A DNA stretch of 64,000 bases from an uncultured Candidatus Rokubacteria bacterium (GCA_963789955.1 CAWBMV010000001.1:832001-896000); one strand, 5' to 3'; counted from the first letter of the stretch, positions 1 through 11,306 are shown. Notes: generated by a model from the sequence alone, not told the origin. Numbers and translations are program-made.

Positions 1-588
1 AGCGGTACTATCTGGAGCATGGCGACCTGTGGGAGCGGCAGACGTTGACCCGCACGAGGCTGATCCTGGGAGATCGCGCCGTCGCCCGGCGCGTCAGAGC
101 CGCGCTCCGGCGAGTCGTCTACGGCGACGCGCTCCCGCGGGCGTCACTGAAGGAGATCGCCGAGGTACGCACCCGGATGGAGCGTGAGCTCGGCCGCGAG
201 ACGCCGCGGTCGCCTGCACGTGAAATACGGCCGCGGCGGGCTCGTCGACGTCGAGTTCCTGGCGCAGGCGCTCCAGCTCGTCCACGGGCATCAGAAACCC
301 GACGTCCGACGGTTCACGACCACCGCGGCGCTCCACGGTCTGGCGCGCGCCGGCGCGCTCGAGCCAGGCCACCGCGGCCGGTCTCGTCGATCGGTATCGA
401 CTCCTGCGGCGCATCTCGGCCTCGCTGCGCTTCTGGGCGCGCGCCCCTCCGACACGCTCGAGCTGGCCGGGCCGATGCCGGCACGGGTCGCGACGGCCCT
501 CGGCTACGAGTCGCGCCAAGCCTTCCTGGACGCATACCGCGAGACCACAAGCGCGGTTCGCCGAGCCTACGAGGAGGTCATGGGTTGA
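1..588 (+). CDS. glnE: Glutamine synthetase adenylyltransferase, C-terminal part (partial at window edge, frameshifted)
   Basis: Frame 3 reads YYLEHGDLWERQTLTRTR (WERQAL-like). After a frame change it reads VKYGRGGLVDVEFLAQALQL, the GlnE K-x-G-x-GGL-x-D-x-EF motif. Stop at 586-588. Confidence 0.85.
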
Positions 589-654
589 CCGCGCACCATG
601 CCCGTAACCTCCAAGCCGGGCTCGTGGACCACGCCGCGCCGGATCGGGCGCCGC

Positions 655-903
655 GGAGCCGGCTCGCACCCGTCTCAGGCCACCCGCGACCCAAGCCGGC
701 CTCAAGGACCCCGCTACAATGGAGCCGGCTCGCGCCGATCTCAGGCCACCCTCGACCCAAGCCGGCCTCAAGGACCCCGCTACAATGGAGCCGGCTCGCG
801 CCCGTCTAGGCCACCCGCGAAGCCGGCCTCAAGGCCCCGCTACAATGGAGCCGCTCGCCCGGCCACCCTCGACCCAAGCCGGCCTCAAGGACCCCGCTAC
901 CAT
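655..903 (+). repeat. Four tandem copies of a ~66-bp unit (66, 66, 60, 57 bp) directly upstream of polA
   Basis: Unit GGAGCCGGCTCGC...GGCCACCC...AAGCCGGCCTCAAGG(A)CCCCGCTACAAT starts at 655, 721, 787 and 847. The last copy ends in the polA ATG at 902. Confidence 0.95.
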
Positions 904-3457
904 GAAACGCTTGTTCATCGTCGACGGTCACTCGCATCTGTTCCGCGCGTACCACGCGGTCGGATATCTCTCGACTTCCCGGGGCGTGCCGAGCCACGCG
1001 GTGCTGATCCTCAGCACGATGCTGTGGAAGCTCATCCGGGAAGAGCAGCCCGACTATCTGGCGATTGCGCTGGACCCGCCGGGTCCGACGTTCCGGGACG
1101 CGCTGTCGGCCGACTACAAGGCGACGCGCACCGCGATGCCGGACGATCTGGTCCGGCAGCTTCCCTACGTGCGCCGACTGTTCGAAGCGCTGCGCACGCC
1201 CGTGCTGGAGGTCAGGGGATTCGAGGCGGACGACGTGCTGGCGACCGTCGTCGACAAGGCGCTGGCGCAGCCGGAGCTCGAGATCGTCGTGGTGAGCGGC
1301 GACAAGGATCTGCTCCAGCTGGTGGGCCCGCGGGTTCGCGTCCTGAGCGTCGCCGGGCGCACCGGCGAGCCCGTGCTCTACGACGAGGCCAAGGTGCGCG
1401 AGCGCTGGGGCGTGGAGCCCGGACAGATCGCCGACGTGCTAGGGCTCATGGGCGACGCGATCGACAACATCAAAGGTGTCCGTGGGGTCGGCGAGAAAAC
1501 CGCGGTGAAGCTGATCGGCCAGTACGGCTCCATCGATCGCCTGTACGAACATCTCACGCTGATCCCCGGCAAGCTCCGCGAAACGCTCGCCGCCGGACGC
1601 AAGGACGCGCTCCTCTCGCGCGAGCTGGCGCTGCTGAACCGTCAGGTGCCGCTCGCCGTCGAGCTCGACGCGTTCCGTCGGGTCGAGCCCGACTGGGCGA
1701 AGCTGCGCCAGCTCTGGATGGAGATGGAGTTCACCCGGCTCGTGAAGGAGCTGCCGGCGCCGGCTCCACAGGCGCCGCCGGAGCCGTCGCAGCGTCTGGA
1801 GGGGCAGGCCGCGATCTCCGCGTGGCTCGGCGCCGTGCCGGCCGGCGCGCCGCTGGCGCTCGACTGGGCCGGCGAGTCGGCGCCGCCGAATCCGCGCATC
1901 GCCGGCCTCGCCGTGTTCCATCCGGCCGCCGGCCCCGCCGAGCTCGGCGCCGACGAGCCGCCGTCGTCACTCGGCGAGCGCACGCTGATCGTCCACGACG
2001 CGAAGCCGCTGATCGAATTCTGGCTCTCGCGCGGCGTGACCCCGCCGGCGATCCACGACTCGGCGGTCGCCGCCTACCTGCTGAACTCGGCCCGGCTGAC
2101 CTACAAGCTCGAGCAGGTCTGCATGGACGCGCTCAACGAGTATCCGCCGACGGCCGATCCGGCCCGCGCGTTCGGCATACGGGCCGAGTTCGCCTGGCGC
2201 TACTGGGAGCACGCGGAAGCCGAGCTCAAGGCCCGCGAGCTCTGGGCGATCTACGAGGAGATCGAGCGACCGCTGGTGCCGGTGCTGGCGCTGATGGAGC
2301 GTCACGGAATCCGCGTCGACCCGGCGCGCCTCGAGGCGTTCGCGAAGGAGCTCGAGCGCGATCTCGACAACCTGACGCGCGAGATCTATCAGCTCGCCGG
2401 CGGCGAGTTCACGATCGCCTCGCCCAAGCAGCTCGCGCAGATCCTCTTCGAGAAGCTGAAGCTGCCGCCGATCCGGAGAACGAAGACCGGCTACTCGACC
2501 GACGCCGACGTGCTGACCGAGCTGGCGCTCGGGCATCCGCTCCCGGCGAAGATCCTCGAGCACCGGAGCCTCGCGAAGCTCAAGGGCACGTACGCCGACA
2601 CCTTGCCCGGGCTGATCAATCCGAGCACCGGACGGATCCACACGACGTTCAACCAGCTCGTGGCGTCGACCGGACGGCTCAGCTCGCAAGATCCGAATCT
2701 CATGAACATCCCGATCCGCACGGAGCTCGGGCGCCGGATTCGCCAGGCGTTCATCCCGGAAGCGGGGTGGCGATTCGTTGCGGCGGACTATTCGCAGATC
2801 GAGCTGCGGATCCTCGCGCATCTGTCCGAGGAGCCGGCGCTGATCGAGTCGTTCGGACGCGGCGAGGACATCCACACGCGGACGGCCTCGGAGGTGTTCA
2901 AGATCCCGGCGGCCTCGGTCACGTCGCTCCAGCGTACGATCGCCAAGAGCGCCAACTACGCCATCCTCTACGGCGTGTCCGCGTTCGGGCTCTCGCAGGC
3001 GACCAAGATCGACCAGAAGGTCGCGCAGAAGTACATCAGCGACTACTTCGCGAGCCATCCGCGGGTGCGGGCGTTCATCGACCGCACCCTCGCCGAGGGC
3101 CGCGAGCGCGGCCACGTGAGCACGCTCCTCGGGCGGCGTCGCTATCTGCCAGATCTGGCGAGTGGTAACCCCGTGGCCCGCAATGCCGCCGAACGCATGG
3201 CGATGAACGCGCCGGTGCAGGGCACGGCCAGCGACATGATCAAGATCGCGATGGTCCGCGTGCAGGCGGCGCTGACCGAGCGCGGGCTCCGGGCGCGGAT
3301 GCTGCTGCAGGTGCACGACGAGCTCCTGTTCGAGGCGCCGCCGGACGAGGTCGCCGCGGTCGAGGCGCTCGCGCGCGAGATCATGGCGGCCGCGCTGCCG
3401 CTGAAAGTCCCCGTCGTGGTCGACGTCAAGGCCGGCGCCGACTGGGCGGAGGTATGA
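902..3457 (+). CDS. polA: DNA polymerase I
   Basis: [11 protein letters not shown] 5'-3' exonuclease start; EADD and SGDKD; motif A DYSQIELR, motif [15 protein letters not shown], motif C QVHDEL. The ORF track start at 719 lies inside the repeat. Confidence 0.97.
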   Translation: MKRLFIVDGHSHLFRAYHAVGYLSTSRGVPSHAVLILSTMLWKLIREEQPDYLAIALDPPGPTFRDALSADYKATRTAMPDDLVRQLPYVRRLFEALRTPVLEVRGFEADDVLATVVDKALAQPELEIVVVSGDKDLLQLVGPRVRVLSVAGRTGEPVLYDEAKVRERWGVEPGQIADVLGLMGDAIDNIKGVRGVGEKTAVKLIGQYGSIDRLYEHLTLIPGKLRETLAAGRKDALLSRELALLNRQVPLAVELDAFRRVEPDWAKLRQLWMEMEFTRLVKELPAPAPQAPPEPSQRLEGQAAISAWLGAVPAGAPLALDWAGESAPPNPRIAGLAVFHPAAGPAELGADEPPSSLGERTLIVHDAKPLIEFWLSRGVTPPAIHDSAVAAYLLNSARLTYKLEQVCMDALNEYPPTADPARAFGIRAEFAWRYWEHAEAELKARELWAIYEEIERPLVPVLALMERHGIRVDPARLEAFAKELERDLDNLTREIYQLAGGEFTIASPKQLAQILFEKLKLPPIRRTKTGYSTDADVLTELALGHPLPAKILEHRSLAKLKGTYADTLPGLINPSTGRIHTTFNQLVASTGRLSSQDPNLMNIPIRTELGRRIRQAFIPEAGWRFVAADYSQIELRILAHLSEEPALIESFGRGEDIHTRTASEVFKIPAASVTSLQRTIAKSANYAILYGVSAFGLSQATKIDQKVAQKYISDYFASHPRVRAFIDRTLAEGRERGHVSTLLGRRRYLPDLASGNPVARNAAERMAMNAPVQGTASDMIKIAMVRVQAALTERGLRARMLLQVHDELLFEAPPDEVAAVEALAREIMAAALPLKVPVVVDVKAGADWAEV

Positions 3458-4095
3458 GCGCGCCCCGGAAGTTCCTGCTCGTCGGTCTCACCGGGGGGAT
3501 CGCGACGGGGAAGAGCACCGTGTCGGGGATCCTTCGCGGCCTGGGTTGCGAGATCATCGACGCCGATCTGCTCGCGCGCGAGGTGGTCGAGCCGGGCCAG
3601 CCCGCGCTCGCGCAGATCGCGACCGAATTCGGCCACGACGTCATCACCGGCTCGGGTGCGCTCGATCGAAAGAGGCTCGGCGCGATCATCTTCGCGAACC
3701 CCGAGCGGCGCCGGCGGCTCGAGGCCATCACCCATCCGGCGATCCGCGACCGGTTCCTCGGCGCGCCTCGACGAGCTAGCCGAGCGGGGCTTCGTGGGCA
3801 TCGTGGTCTTCGACGCGGCGGTGATGATCGAGAGCGGCAACTACAAGAACATGGATCGCCTGGTCGTCGTGGTCACGGACGATCCGACGCCAGATGGCGC
3901 GCCTGCACGGGCGTGACGGCACCGACGCGGCGGAGAACCGACGAAAGATCGACAGCCAGATGCCGCTCGCCGAGAAGGCCAAGCTGGCCGACTACGTGAT
4001 CGACAACTCCGGCGAGTCGTGAAGCGACCGCCGAGCAGGTCCGACGGGTCTTCGCGGCGCTCATGTCCGAGCTCGAGTCGCGGTTCGCGGTGTAG
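3454..4095 (+). CDS. coaE: Dephospho-CoA kinase (several probable sequencing frameshifts)
   Basis: [16 protein letters not shown]-loop, IIDAD, LEAITHP. Later frames give [20 protein letters not shown]. Start overlaps the polA stop. Confidence 0.9.
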
Positions 4096-4124
4096 CCGCT
4101 GCTCCGTCACCGGCCGGCCGGATC

Positions 4125-4913
4125 ATGACCGTGACCAAGCGTCGGGCGCTCGGCCAGCACTTTCTCCGCGATCAGACGATCGCCCGCGCGATCGTCGATC
4201 TCGTCGCGCCGACCGAGCGCGACCTCGTCGTCGAGATCGGGCCGGGAGACGGGGCGCTGACGAGCCTTCTGGCCGGTCGCGCCGGCCGCGTGATCGCCCT
4301 CGAGATCGATCGACCTCTGGCCGCGGCGCTGCGCGCTCGGATGCCGACGGTGGAGGTGCTCGACGCGGATGCCCGGACGTGGGACTACGCCGCGCTGGCG
4401 GCGCCCGAGGGCGGGCGCGTCCTGATCCTCGGCAACCTGCCGTACAGCGTCGGGAAGCCGATCCTGATGGCGCTGATCGAGGCGCGCGCCGCGATTCACG
4501 AGATGGCGCTCATGCTCCAGCGCGAGGTCGCCGAGCGCGTCGCCGCCCCGCCCGGCGGCAAGACCTACGGAAGCCTGTCCATCTTCACCCAGCTCTACTG
4601 CGACGTGCGGCTGGCGTTCCGCGTCCCGCCGGGCGCGTTCCGCCCGCCGCCGAAGGTCGACTCGGCGGTCCTCCATCTGCGCGTGCTGCGCGAGCCGCGG
4701 GTTCCGCTGGCCGACCCACGCCGCTTCGAGAGCGTCGTTCGGGCGGCATTCGCCCAGCGCCGGAAGATGCTGGCGAACGCGCTCGCGGCAGGCCTCGGGC
4801 TGCCGCTCGACGTGGTGCGCCGCTCGGCGGCGGCTGCCGGCGTCGACCCGACACGCCGAGCCGAGACGCTGACCCTGTCCGAATTCGCGGCGCTGGCGAC
4901 CGGGCTTCCCTGA
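4125..4913 (+). CDS. rsmA: 16S rRNA m6,2A dimethyltransferase
   Basis: LGQHFL, EIGPGDG, GNLPY, FRPPPKVDS and FAQRRKML motifs. Confidence 0.95.
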   Translation: MTVTKRRALGQHFLRDQTIARAIVDLVAPTERDLVVEIGPGDGALTSLLAGRAGRVIALEIDRPLAAALRARMPTVEVLDADARTWDYAALAAPEGGRVLILGNLPYSVGKPILMALIEARAAIHEMALMLQREVAERVAAPPGGKTYGSLSIFTQLYCDVRLAFRVPPGAFRPPPKVDSAVLHLRVLREPRVPLADPRRFESVVRAAFAQRRKMLANALAAGLGLPLDVVRRSAAAAGVDPTRRAETLTLSEFAALATGLP

Positions 4914-5082
4914 GCGGGCTCCGGCCCGGCTCGCGTCCTTCGTCCCAGCGATTTCCGGCCGTTCGCCGCGGCTTGAGTCCGCGCGCCGCGCCGGGTACCA
5001 GACCTAGTGTGAGCGCTCACCCATCCGGAAACTAGCGTGGTTACTGATTTTTTTAGCCCACGATCTGCCCGCTGTCGCTATC

Positions 5083-6334
5083 ATGGTCGTGATGCAAAGA
5101 CGCTCTCAAGCCGTTGCGGGTCTCCTGGCGGCGAGCATCGTCGGGCTCGCGGTGTCTTCCTATCTATATGTGTGGCCCGGCAGCGCGCCGGCGCCGCGCT
5201 GGCTGCCCGCTCCCAAAGCCGAAGCGCTCGTCGTTCCCGCGTATCCCGTAACGGTTCGGAGCGTCGAGATGCGCCGCGGCGACACGCTCGCGCAGGCGCT
5301 CACGCGGGGCGGTCTCCAGTCGCGCAGCGCCACCCTGCTCGCCACGCAGTTCGGAAAGAACGGCGCCGACCTCAGACGGATCCGGGCGGGCGCTACGATC
5401 GAGATCACCTGGAATTCCCGGAACGAGGCGACTCAGGTCCGATACGAGGCGAGCCCGTGGCTCTCCTTCGCCGCCCGCCCGGCGAACGGCAGCTGGCGGG
5501 TCGGCCGGGCCGAGACCGTCCCCGAGCTTCGGGTCGAGGCGGTGAGTGGTGTCGTCCAGCGGTCGCTCTTCGACGCGGTCGAGCGGACGGGCGAGTCGGC
5601 TCGGCTGGTGCTCGCCCTGGTCGAGATCTTCTCGTCGGACTTCGACTTCACCGCCGACACGCGCGCCGGCGACCGCTTCCGCCTGCTGGTCGAGAAGCGC
5701 TACGCGGGCGACGCCTTCGTCGACTACGGCCGGATCCTCGTCGCCCAGTATGCGAGCGGCGGCAAGACGCTCACGGGCGTCGGGTTCGATCGCGGCGTCT
5801 CGCACTTCGCCCACTACGATCTGGCGGGTCAGTCGCTCCGCAAGAGCTTCCTCAAGTCGCCCCTCGAGTTCTCACGTATCACCTCGGGCTTCACCTACGC
5901 GCGGCCGCATCCGATTCTCGGCGGCGTGCGCCCGCACCTGGCGATCGACTACGCGGCACCGGTCGGCACGCCGGTCCGCGCTGTCGCCGACGGCGTCGTC
6001 GTGCACGCCGGCTGGAACGGCGGCAACGGTATCCAGGTGCACATCCGCCATCGGTCGGGCTACGAGACCCAGTACAACCATCTCTCGCGGATTCCGTCGG
6101 ACATCCACGTCGGCACCCGTGTGCGGCAAAAGCAGATCATCGGCAGCGTCGGCGCCACCGGGCTGGCGACGGGACCGCATCTCGACTACCGCATCGTGCA
6201 CAACGGCACGTACGTGAATCCGCTCGGCGAGAAGTTCATCCCGGGCGATCCCATTCCTCCGCACCGCGCGGGCGGACTTCACCCGCCAGTCGCGGGACCT
6301 CGTCCGCCGCCTCGAGGCCGCCGCGCCGTTTTGA
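5083..6334 (+). CDS. M23 family peptidoglycan endopeptidase with N-terminal anchor (frameshift near 3' end)
   Basis: N-terminal TM segment; HLAID (HxxxD), YNHL and ATGPHLDY (HxH-type) motifs. ATG 5092 is an alternative start. Confidence 0.9.
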
Positions 6335-6385
6335 TGTAGATCGGGCGCCCGAGCGCCGCTCCCGATCCCGAGGGCAAGGACCCGC

Positions 6386-7255
6386 CTACGCGCGCTTCTC
6401 GTCTCGTCGATCGCTTTCGACCGCTGGCAGCCAGAACGAGAAGGTCGCGCCCAGCCCCGAGGTGCTCTCGCACCGGATTTCGCCACCGAGTTGATCGATG
6501 AAGCGTTTCGCGATCGCGAGTCCGTAGCCGCTGGAGGGCTCGCCTGCGGAAGGCACGGGCCCGAGGCGGACGCCCGGAAGAAATAGGCGGGTCTGTTCCT
6601 CAGGACTCAAGCCCGGTCCTTCGTCCCGGACACTGCACGCGACGCCGCCGCGCTCGGCGTGCACCTGCACCCAGATGCACTTGGCCGCGGGCGAGTACTT
6701 CACGGCATTCGACAGGAGGTTGTCGAGCACGACTGCGACGACGACTCGATCCGTCCGGACGATCGGGACGTCATTCGCAGCGCTGAAGCGAAGGTCGATA
6801 TGCTTCTGGGCAGCGTGGCGCCGATAGTATGCACACGCCTTCTCGACCAGACGGGGCAGCTCGATGTCTTCCCATCGCAGGCTGATCTCGGCGCCCGTCG
6901 AGTTGCTCATCAGTTGGCTCACCGTATGGGTCATCAGATCGCTCGAGTGCGAAAGGCTCTCGAGCCACGCTTGGACTTGACGGTTCGGATGGTCACGCAA
7001 CACCTCGAGCAGGAGGTCGACGACAGCCACCGAGACCGTCAGGAAGTTGTTGAGCGCGTGGGCGGTGAGTGCGATGGATCGCCGATCGAGCGCCGGCAGC
7101 TTGTCGAGCTCCGCGACAGCCTGCTCCAGGCTCGCCTGCGCCTTGGCAATCGCTGCGGAGGCCGCGATCTTCGGATCGGACAATCGTTTCCCCTGTTCGA
7201 AGTCTTCTATCGCGGTTCGGACGCCCGGCCCATCGGATCTTGGTCCGATGCCCAC
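6386..7255 (-). CDS. Cytoplasmic histidine kinase (HisKA + HATPase_c) with no evident sensor domain
   Basis: H-box AHALNNFL, N-box DNLLSNAVKYS, G1 DEGPG, G2 GYGLAI. Confidence 0.85.
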   Translation of the reverse strand: MGIGPRSDGPGVRTAIEDFEQGKRLSDPKIAASAAIAKAQASLEQAVAELDKLPALDRRSIALTAHALNNFLTVSVAVVDLLLEVLRDHPNRQVQAWLESLSHSSDLMTHTVSQLMSNSTGAEISLRWEDIELPRLVEKACAYYRRHAAQKHIDLRFSAANDVPIVRTDRVVVAVVLDNLLSNAVKYSPAAKCIWVQVHAERGGVACSVRDEGPGLSPEEQTRLFLPGVRLGPVPSAGEPSSGYGLAIAKRFIDQLGGEIRCESTSGLGATFSFWLPAVESDRRDEKRA

Positions 7256-7436
7256 GAGCCCCGTGTGCTGACTGATCCTCGCGTCGGAATCGTCTGATCG
7301 TCACCCCCACAAGACCGGTGGAGCTCAAGCATTCCGCGGGCTTGGCGCCCGAACGGCCCTACGCCGCGAGGCTCCGCGAAACTACGGTGAACTTGGAGGT
7401 GGATGGTAGGATCAAGCCCGTCGTGAAAGGAGTTCC

Positions 7437-9092
7437 GTGGAGCCCGTCGTCCGACTGATTCCCCTGGGAGGTCTCGGCGAGATCGGCCTCAACATGATGC
7501 TGATCGAGTCCGGCGAGGACTTGATCGCGGTCGACTGTGGACTCATGTTCCCCGACGACGAGCTCCCCGGTATCGACCACGTCATCCCCGATTTCTCGTA
7601 TGTGCTCGGCCGGCGTGAAGCGTTCCGCGCGGTCGTCCTGACCCATGGCCACGAGGACCACATCGGCGCGCTCCCGTACCTGCTGCGCGAGGCGCCCGTG
7701 CCTGTGTACGGCACGCCCTTGACCCTGGCGCTCGTGGCGGAGCGGCTCCGGGAGCACGGCCTCGCCGAGACGGCGGATCTGCGCGTGATCCGCCCGCGCG
7801 ACCGCATCGAGGCCGGCTCGCTCGGCGTCGAGGCGATCCGCGTCACGCACTCGATCGTCGACGGCATCGGGCTGGCGATCGACACGCCGGTGGGGACCAT
7901 CGTCCACACCGGCGACTTCAAGCTCGATCCCAGTCCGCTCGACGGTGAGCTGCCCGACTATCGGCGCTTCGCGGAGCTCGGGGAGCAGGGCGTGATCGTG
8001 TTGTGCTCGGACTCCACGAACGTGGATCGCCCGGGCCACACGCGCTCGGAAATGGACGTGGGGGAGGCGCTCGGCGCGCGCTTCGACACGGCGACCGGGC
8101 GCATCATCGTGGCGACCTTCGCGTCGCACATCCATCGGATCCAGCACGTGCTCACGCTCGCGGCCCGTACGGGGCGGCGCGTCGCGCTGCTCGGGATGAG
8201 CATGCAGCGGAACGTGACGATCGCCGCCGACCTCGGCTACCTGCGTGTGCCCGAGAACGTCCTGGTGGAGCTCGAGGATCTCGCCGAGCTGCCCGCGGAT
8301 CGCCAGGTGATTCTCTCGACGGGGAGCCAGGGCGAGCCGCACTCGGCGCTGGCGCTGATGGCATCCTCGGAGCACAAGTACGTGCGGATCGAGCGCGGCG
8401 ACCTCGTGATCATCTCGGCCCGCGTGATTCCCGGCAACGAGCGCACGATCGGGCGCGTCGTCAACGCGCTCTATCGCCTCGGCGCCGAGGTCCTCTACGA
8501 GGACAACGCGTTCGTCCACGTGTCGGGCCACGCGAGCCAGGAAGATCTGAAGATGATGTTCAACCTGACCCGGCCGCGCTACTTCATCCCGGTGCACGGC
8601 GAGTACCGTCATCTCCTCAGCCACGCGCGGCTCGCCGAGAGCGTCGGCATCGGACCCGACCGCGTCTTCTTGATCGAGGACGGCATGGGCGTCGAGGTCT
8701 CGAAGAGCGAGGCGCATCTGGCCGGCCGCTTTCCGGCAGGGCGCGTGCTGGTCGACGGCAAGTCGGTCGGCGACATCGGCGCCGTGGTCCTCCGCGACCG
8801 GCAGCTGCTCGCCGAGGACGGGTTGATCGCGGTCTCGCTCGCTGTCGACCGCGACGGCACCGTGCTCGCGGGGCCCGAGATCGCCTCGCGCGGCTTCGTC
8901 TATGTGAAGGAGAACGAGCCCTTGCTCGAGGAGCTCAAGAAGGCCGTCGTCACCGCGCTCGCCGAGCGCGCCCCCGACGTGCCGTTCGATCGCGAATTGA
9001 TGAGCGCGACGGTGCGCACGGCGGTTCGGCAGTTCGTCAACCAGCGGTTCCGGCGGCGCCCGGTCGTGCTGCCGATCATTCTGGAGGTCTGA
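7437..9092 (+). CDS. rnj: Ribonuclease J
   Basis: LGGLGEIG, THGHEDHIG, HTGDFK, HVSGHA and PVHGE motifs; AAAGGAG RBS before GTG. Confidence 0.96.
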   Translation: MEPVVRLIPLGGLGEIGLNMMLIESGEDLIAVDCGLMFPDDELPGIDHVIPDFSYVLGRREAFRAVVLTHGHEDHIGALPYLLREAPVPVYGTPLTLALVAERLREHGLAETADLRVIRPRDRIEAGSLGVEAIRVTHSIVDGIGLAIDTPVGTIVHTGDFKLDPSPLDGELPDYRRFAELGEQGVIVLCSDSTNVDRPGHTRSEMDVGEALGARFDTATGRIIVATFASHIHRIQHVLTLAARTGRRVALLGMSMQRNVTIAADLGYLRVPENVLVELEDLAELPADRQVILSTGSQGEPHSALALMASSEHKYVRIERGDLVIISARVIPGNERTIGRVVNALYRLGAEVLYEDNAFVHVSGHASQEDLKMMFNLTRPRYFIPVHGEYRHLLSHARLAESVGIGPDRVFLIEDGMGVEVSKSEAHLAGRFPAGRVLVDGKSVGDIGAVVLRDRQLLAEDGLIAVSLAVDRDGTVLAGPEIASRGFVYVKENEPLLEELKKAVVTALAERAPDVPFDRELMSATVRTAVRQFVNQRFRRRPVVLPIILEV

Positions 9093-11260
9093 TGGCAACC
9101 GTCGTCTCGACGGAAGGGAAATCGACTGACAGCAGGCCCCGGCGCCGCCGCAAGCGCGGCAGCGATCGCTGGGTGAGCGAAGTGAAGGGTATCGCGGCGC
9201 TGCTGGCCGCGGGCTTCGGTCTCATCGCGCTCGCGACCTTCGATCCGACCGTGACACCCGCCGAGCAGCAGGGGTTGACTGGCCCCGTCGGTGTCTGGCT
9301 CGGGTGGGCCATGTTCCAATCACTCGGCTACGCCGGTTTCCTTCTGCCGCTCCTGCTCGGCGCCTGGGGCGCCTCGGCGTTCCTGCGTCCGATCGTCGTC
9401 CGGGGCTGGGTCCCGCTGGCCGGGCTCGGCGCGCTCCTCATCGCCGCCGCGGGGTTGCTCACGCAGGCCACGAGCGTGCGGAGCGGCGCGATCGGTGGCG
9501 GTCTCATCGGCTACGCGACCGCCGGCGCGCTCCAGGCGGGATTCGGCAACGTCGGCACCTGGCTCGTGCTGGTCGCCGCGATTCCGATCGGCGTCTTGTG
9601 CGTGACGCGCGTCTCTTACGCGGCCGTGGTGCGTATCACGACGGCGCGACTGACGAGGCTCAAGCGGCGTAAAGCCCAGTCAACCGCCGCCGTGCGGGTG
9701 ACGCCGGAGCCCCTGCCGGCGCTGGAGCCGCAGGCAACGGAGGCCATGCCGCTCCCGGTAGTCGTCGAGCCCTCGCGCCCGCGCGGGCGCCTGGCCGAGC
9801 AGGGGCTCGCGTGGCAGGAGACGTTCGACTTCGGCCGCGGTGGCGCCGCGACCTTCCAGCTGCCGCCGGTCGGGCTCCTCAAGGTGCCGCCCGCGTCCGA
9901 GCTCAAGCGCACGCGCGAGGAGCTCCAGGACAACGCCGAGACGATTCGGAGGAAGCTGCAAGATTTCGAGGTCGAGGGCCGGATCGTTCAGGTGAGCCCG
10001 GGCCCCGTCATCACGTCGTACGAGTTCGAGCCGGCGACCGGCGTCAAGATCAGCCAGGTCGTGAACCTCGGCGACGATCTGGCGCTGGCCCTGAAGTCCG
10101 CCTCCGTGAGGATCGTCGGACCCATCCCGGGCCGCGGCACTGTCGCGATCGAGGTGCCGAACTCCGAGGCGGTGACCGTGTATTTGCGCGAGATCTTCGT
10201 CTCGGCGGAGTTCGCGGAGTCCAAGGGGCGTCTCCCGCTGGCCCTCGGCAAGGACGTGAATGGCACGCCGGTGGTCTCCGATCTGACGTCCATGCCGCAT
10301 CTCCTGGTCGCGGGCGCCACCGGCAGCGGCAAGTCGGTCGGGCTCAACTCGATGATCTGCTCGATCCTCTACAAGGCCACGCCGGCCGACGTGAGATTCC
10401 TGCTGATCGACCCCAAGCGCCTGGAGCTCAGCATCTACGAGGGCATTCCGCATCTGCTGGCGCCGGTCGTCACGGACGCGAAAGAGGCCGCGGCGCGGCT
10501 GCGCTGGATCGTCGGCAAGATGGACGAGCGCTACAAGACGCTCCAGCTCAAGCAGGTCCGGAACATCGAGGGCTACAACAAAGTGGTCGGCCCGGAAGAA
10601 AGGCTCCCGTACTGGGTCGTCGTCGTCGACGAGCTGGCGGACCTCATGATGGTCTCGGCCGGCGAGGTGCAGACTTCGCTGGTGCGTCTGGCCCAGATCG
10701 CGCGGGCGGTCGGGATCCATCTGATCATCGCGACCCAGCGCCCCTCCGTCGACGTCGTGACCGGCTTGATCAAGGCGAACTTCCCGACGCGCATCGCGTT
10801 CCAGGTCGCGTCGAAGGTGGATTCGAGAACCGTGCTCGACGGCAACGGCGCCGAGCAGCTGCTCGGCCGCGGCGACATGATCTTCGTCCCGCCCGGCGCG
10901 AACAAGCAGACGCGCGTGCACGGCGCCTGGGTGGCCGACGACGAGGTGCGCGCGGTGTGCGACTTCCTGCGCAAGCAAGGGACCGCGGTGTACGAAGAGG
11001 TCGTGCTGGCGACCGAGGAAGAGGTGGCCGCCGGTGCCGACGCCGATCGCGACGATCTCTACTGGGACGCCGTGCACCTCGTGATCGGCCAGCGTCAGGC
11101 CTCGATCTCGTTCCTGCAGCGGCGCATGCGCCTGGGCTATCCGAAGGCGGCGCGCTTCGTCGACATGATGGAGCAGGATCGGGTGATCGGGCCGGGCGAC
11201 GGCGCCAAGCCGCGCGAGGTCCTGGTCGGCCCGGAATATCTCGCGAAGCGCGGCAAGTAG
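9092..11260 (+). CDS. ftsK: DNA translocase FtsK
   Basis: N-terminal TM helices, Walker A GATGSGKS, DELADLM, ATQRPS, C-terminal gamma domain SISFLQRRMRLGY. ATG overlaps the rnj stop. Confidence 0.95.
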   Translation: MATVVSTEGKSTDSRPRRRRKRGSDRWVSEVKGIAALLAAGFGLIALATFDPTVTPAEQQGLTGPVGVWLGWAMFQSLGYAGFLLPLLLGAWGASAFLRPIVVRGWVPLAGLGALLIAAAGLLTQATSVRSGAIGGGLIGYATAGALQAGFGNVGTWLVLVAAIPIGVLCVTRVSYAAVVRITTARLTRLKRRKAQSTAAVRVTPEPLPALEPQATEAMPLPVVVEPSRPRGRLAEQGLAWQETFDFGRGGAATFQLPPVGLLKVPPASELKRTREELQDNAETIRRKLQDFEVEGRIVQVSPGPVITSYEFEPATGVKISQVVNLGDDLALALKSASVRIVGPIPGRGTVAIEVPNSEAVTVYLREIFVSAEFAESKGRLPLALGKDVNGTPVVSDLTSMPHLLVAGATGSGKSVGLNSMICSILYKATPADVRFLLIDPKRLELSIYEGIPHLLAPVVTDAKEAAARLRWIVGKMDERYKTLQLKQVRNIEGYNKVVGPEERLPYWVVVVDELADLMMVSAGEVQTSLVRLAQIARAVGIHLIIATQRPSVDVVTGLIKANFPTRIAFQVASKVDSRTVLDGNGAEQLLGRGDMIFVPPGANKQTRVHGAWVADDEVRAVCDFLRKQGTAVYEEVVLATEEEVAAGADADRDDLYWDAVHLVIGQRQASISFLQRRMRLGYPKAARFVDMMEQDRVIGPGDGAKPREVLVGPEYLAKRGK

Positions 11261-11306
11261 CGCGAGGCTCGCGGCCGCTCGCGGGGGCGGTACAATTCGG
11301 CGCGAT

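Noticed and set aside
655..903. Possible CRISPR array
   Set aside because: The units are contiguous near-identical repeats without unique spacers, and no cas genes are in the window.
598..3168. Long Arg/Gly/Ala-rich alternative-frame and antisense ORFs (also e.g. 7359-9098, 30465-32726, 55813-57567)
   Set aside because: Shadow ORFs expected at this GC content; they overlap well-supported genes and carry no motifs.
8003..9091. N-terminal extension making FtsK 1085 aa
   Set aside because: It overlaps rnj out of frame; ATG 9092 coupled to the rnj stop is the plausible start.
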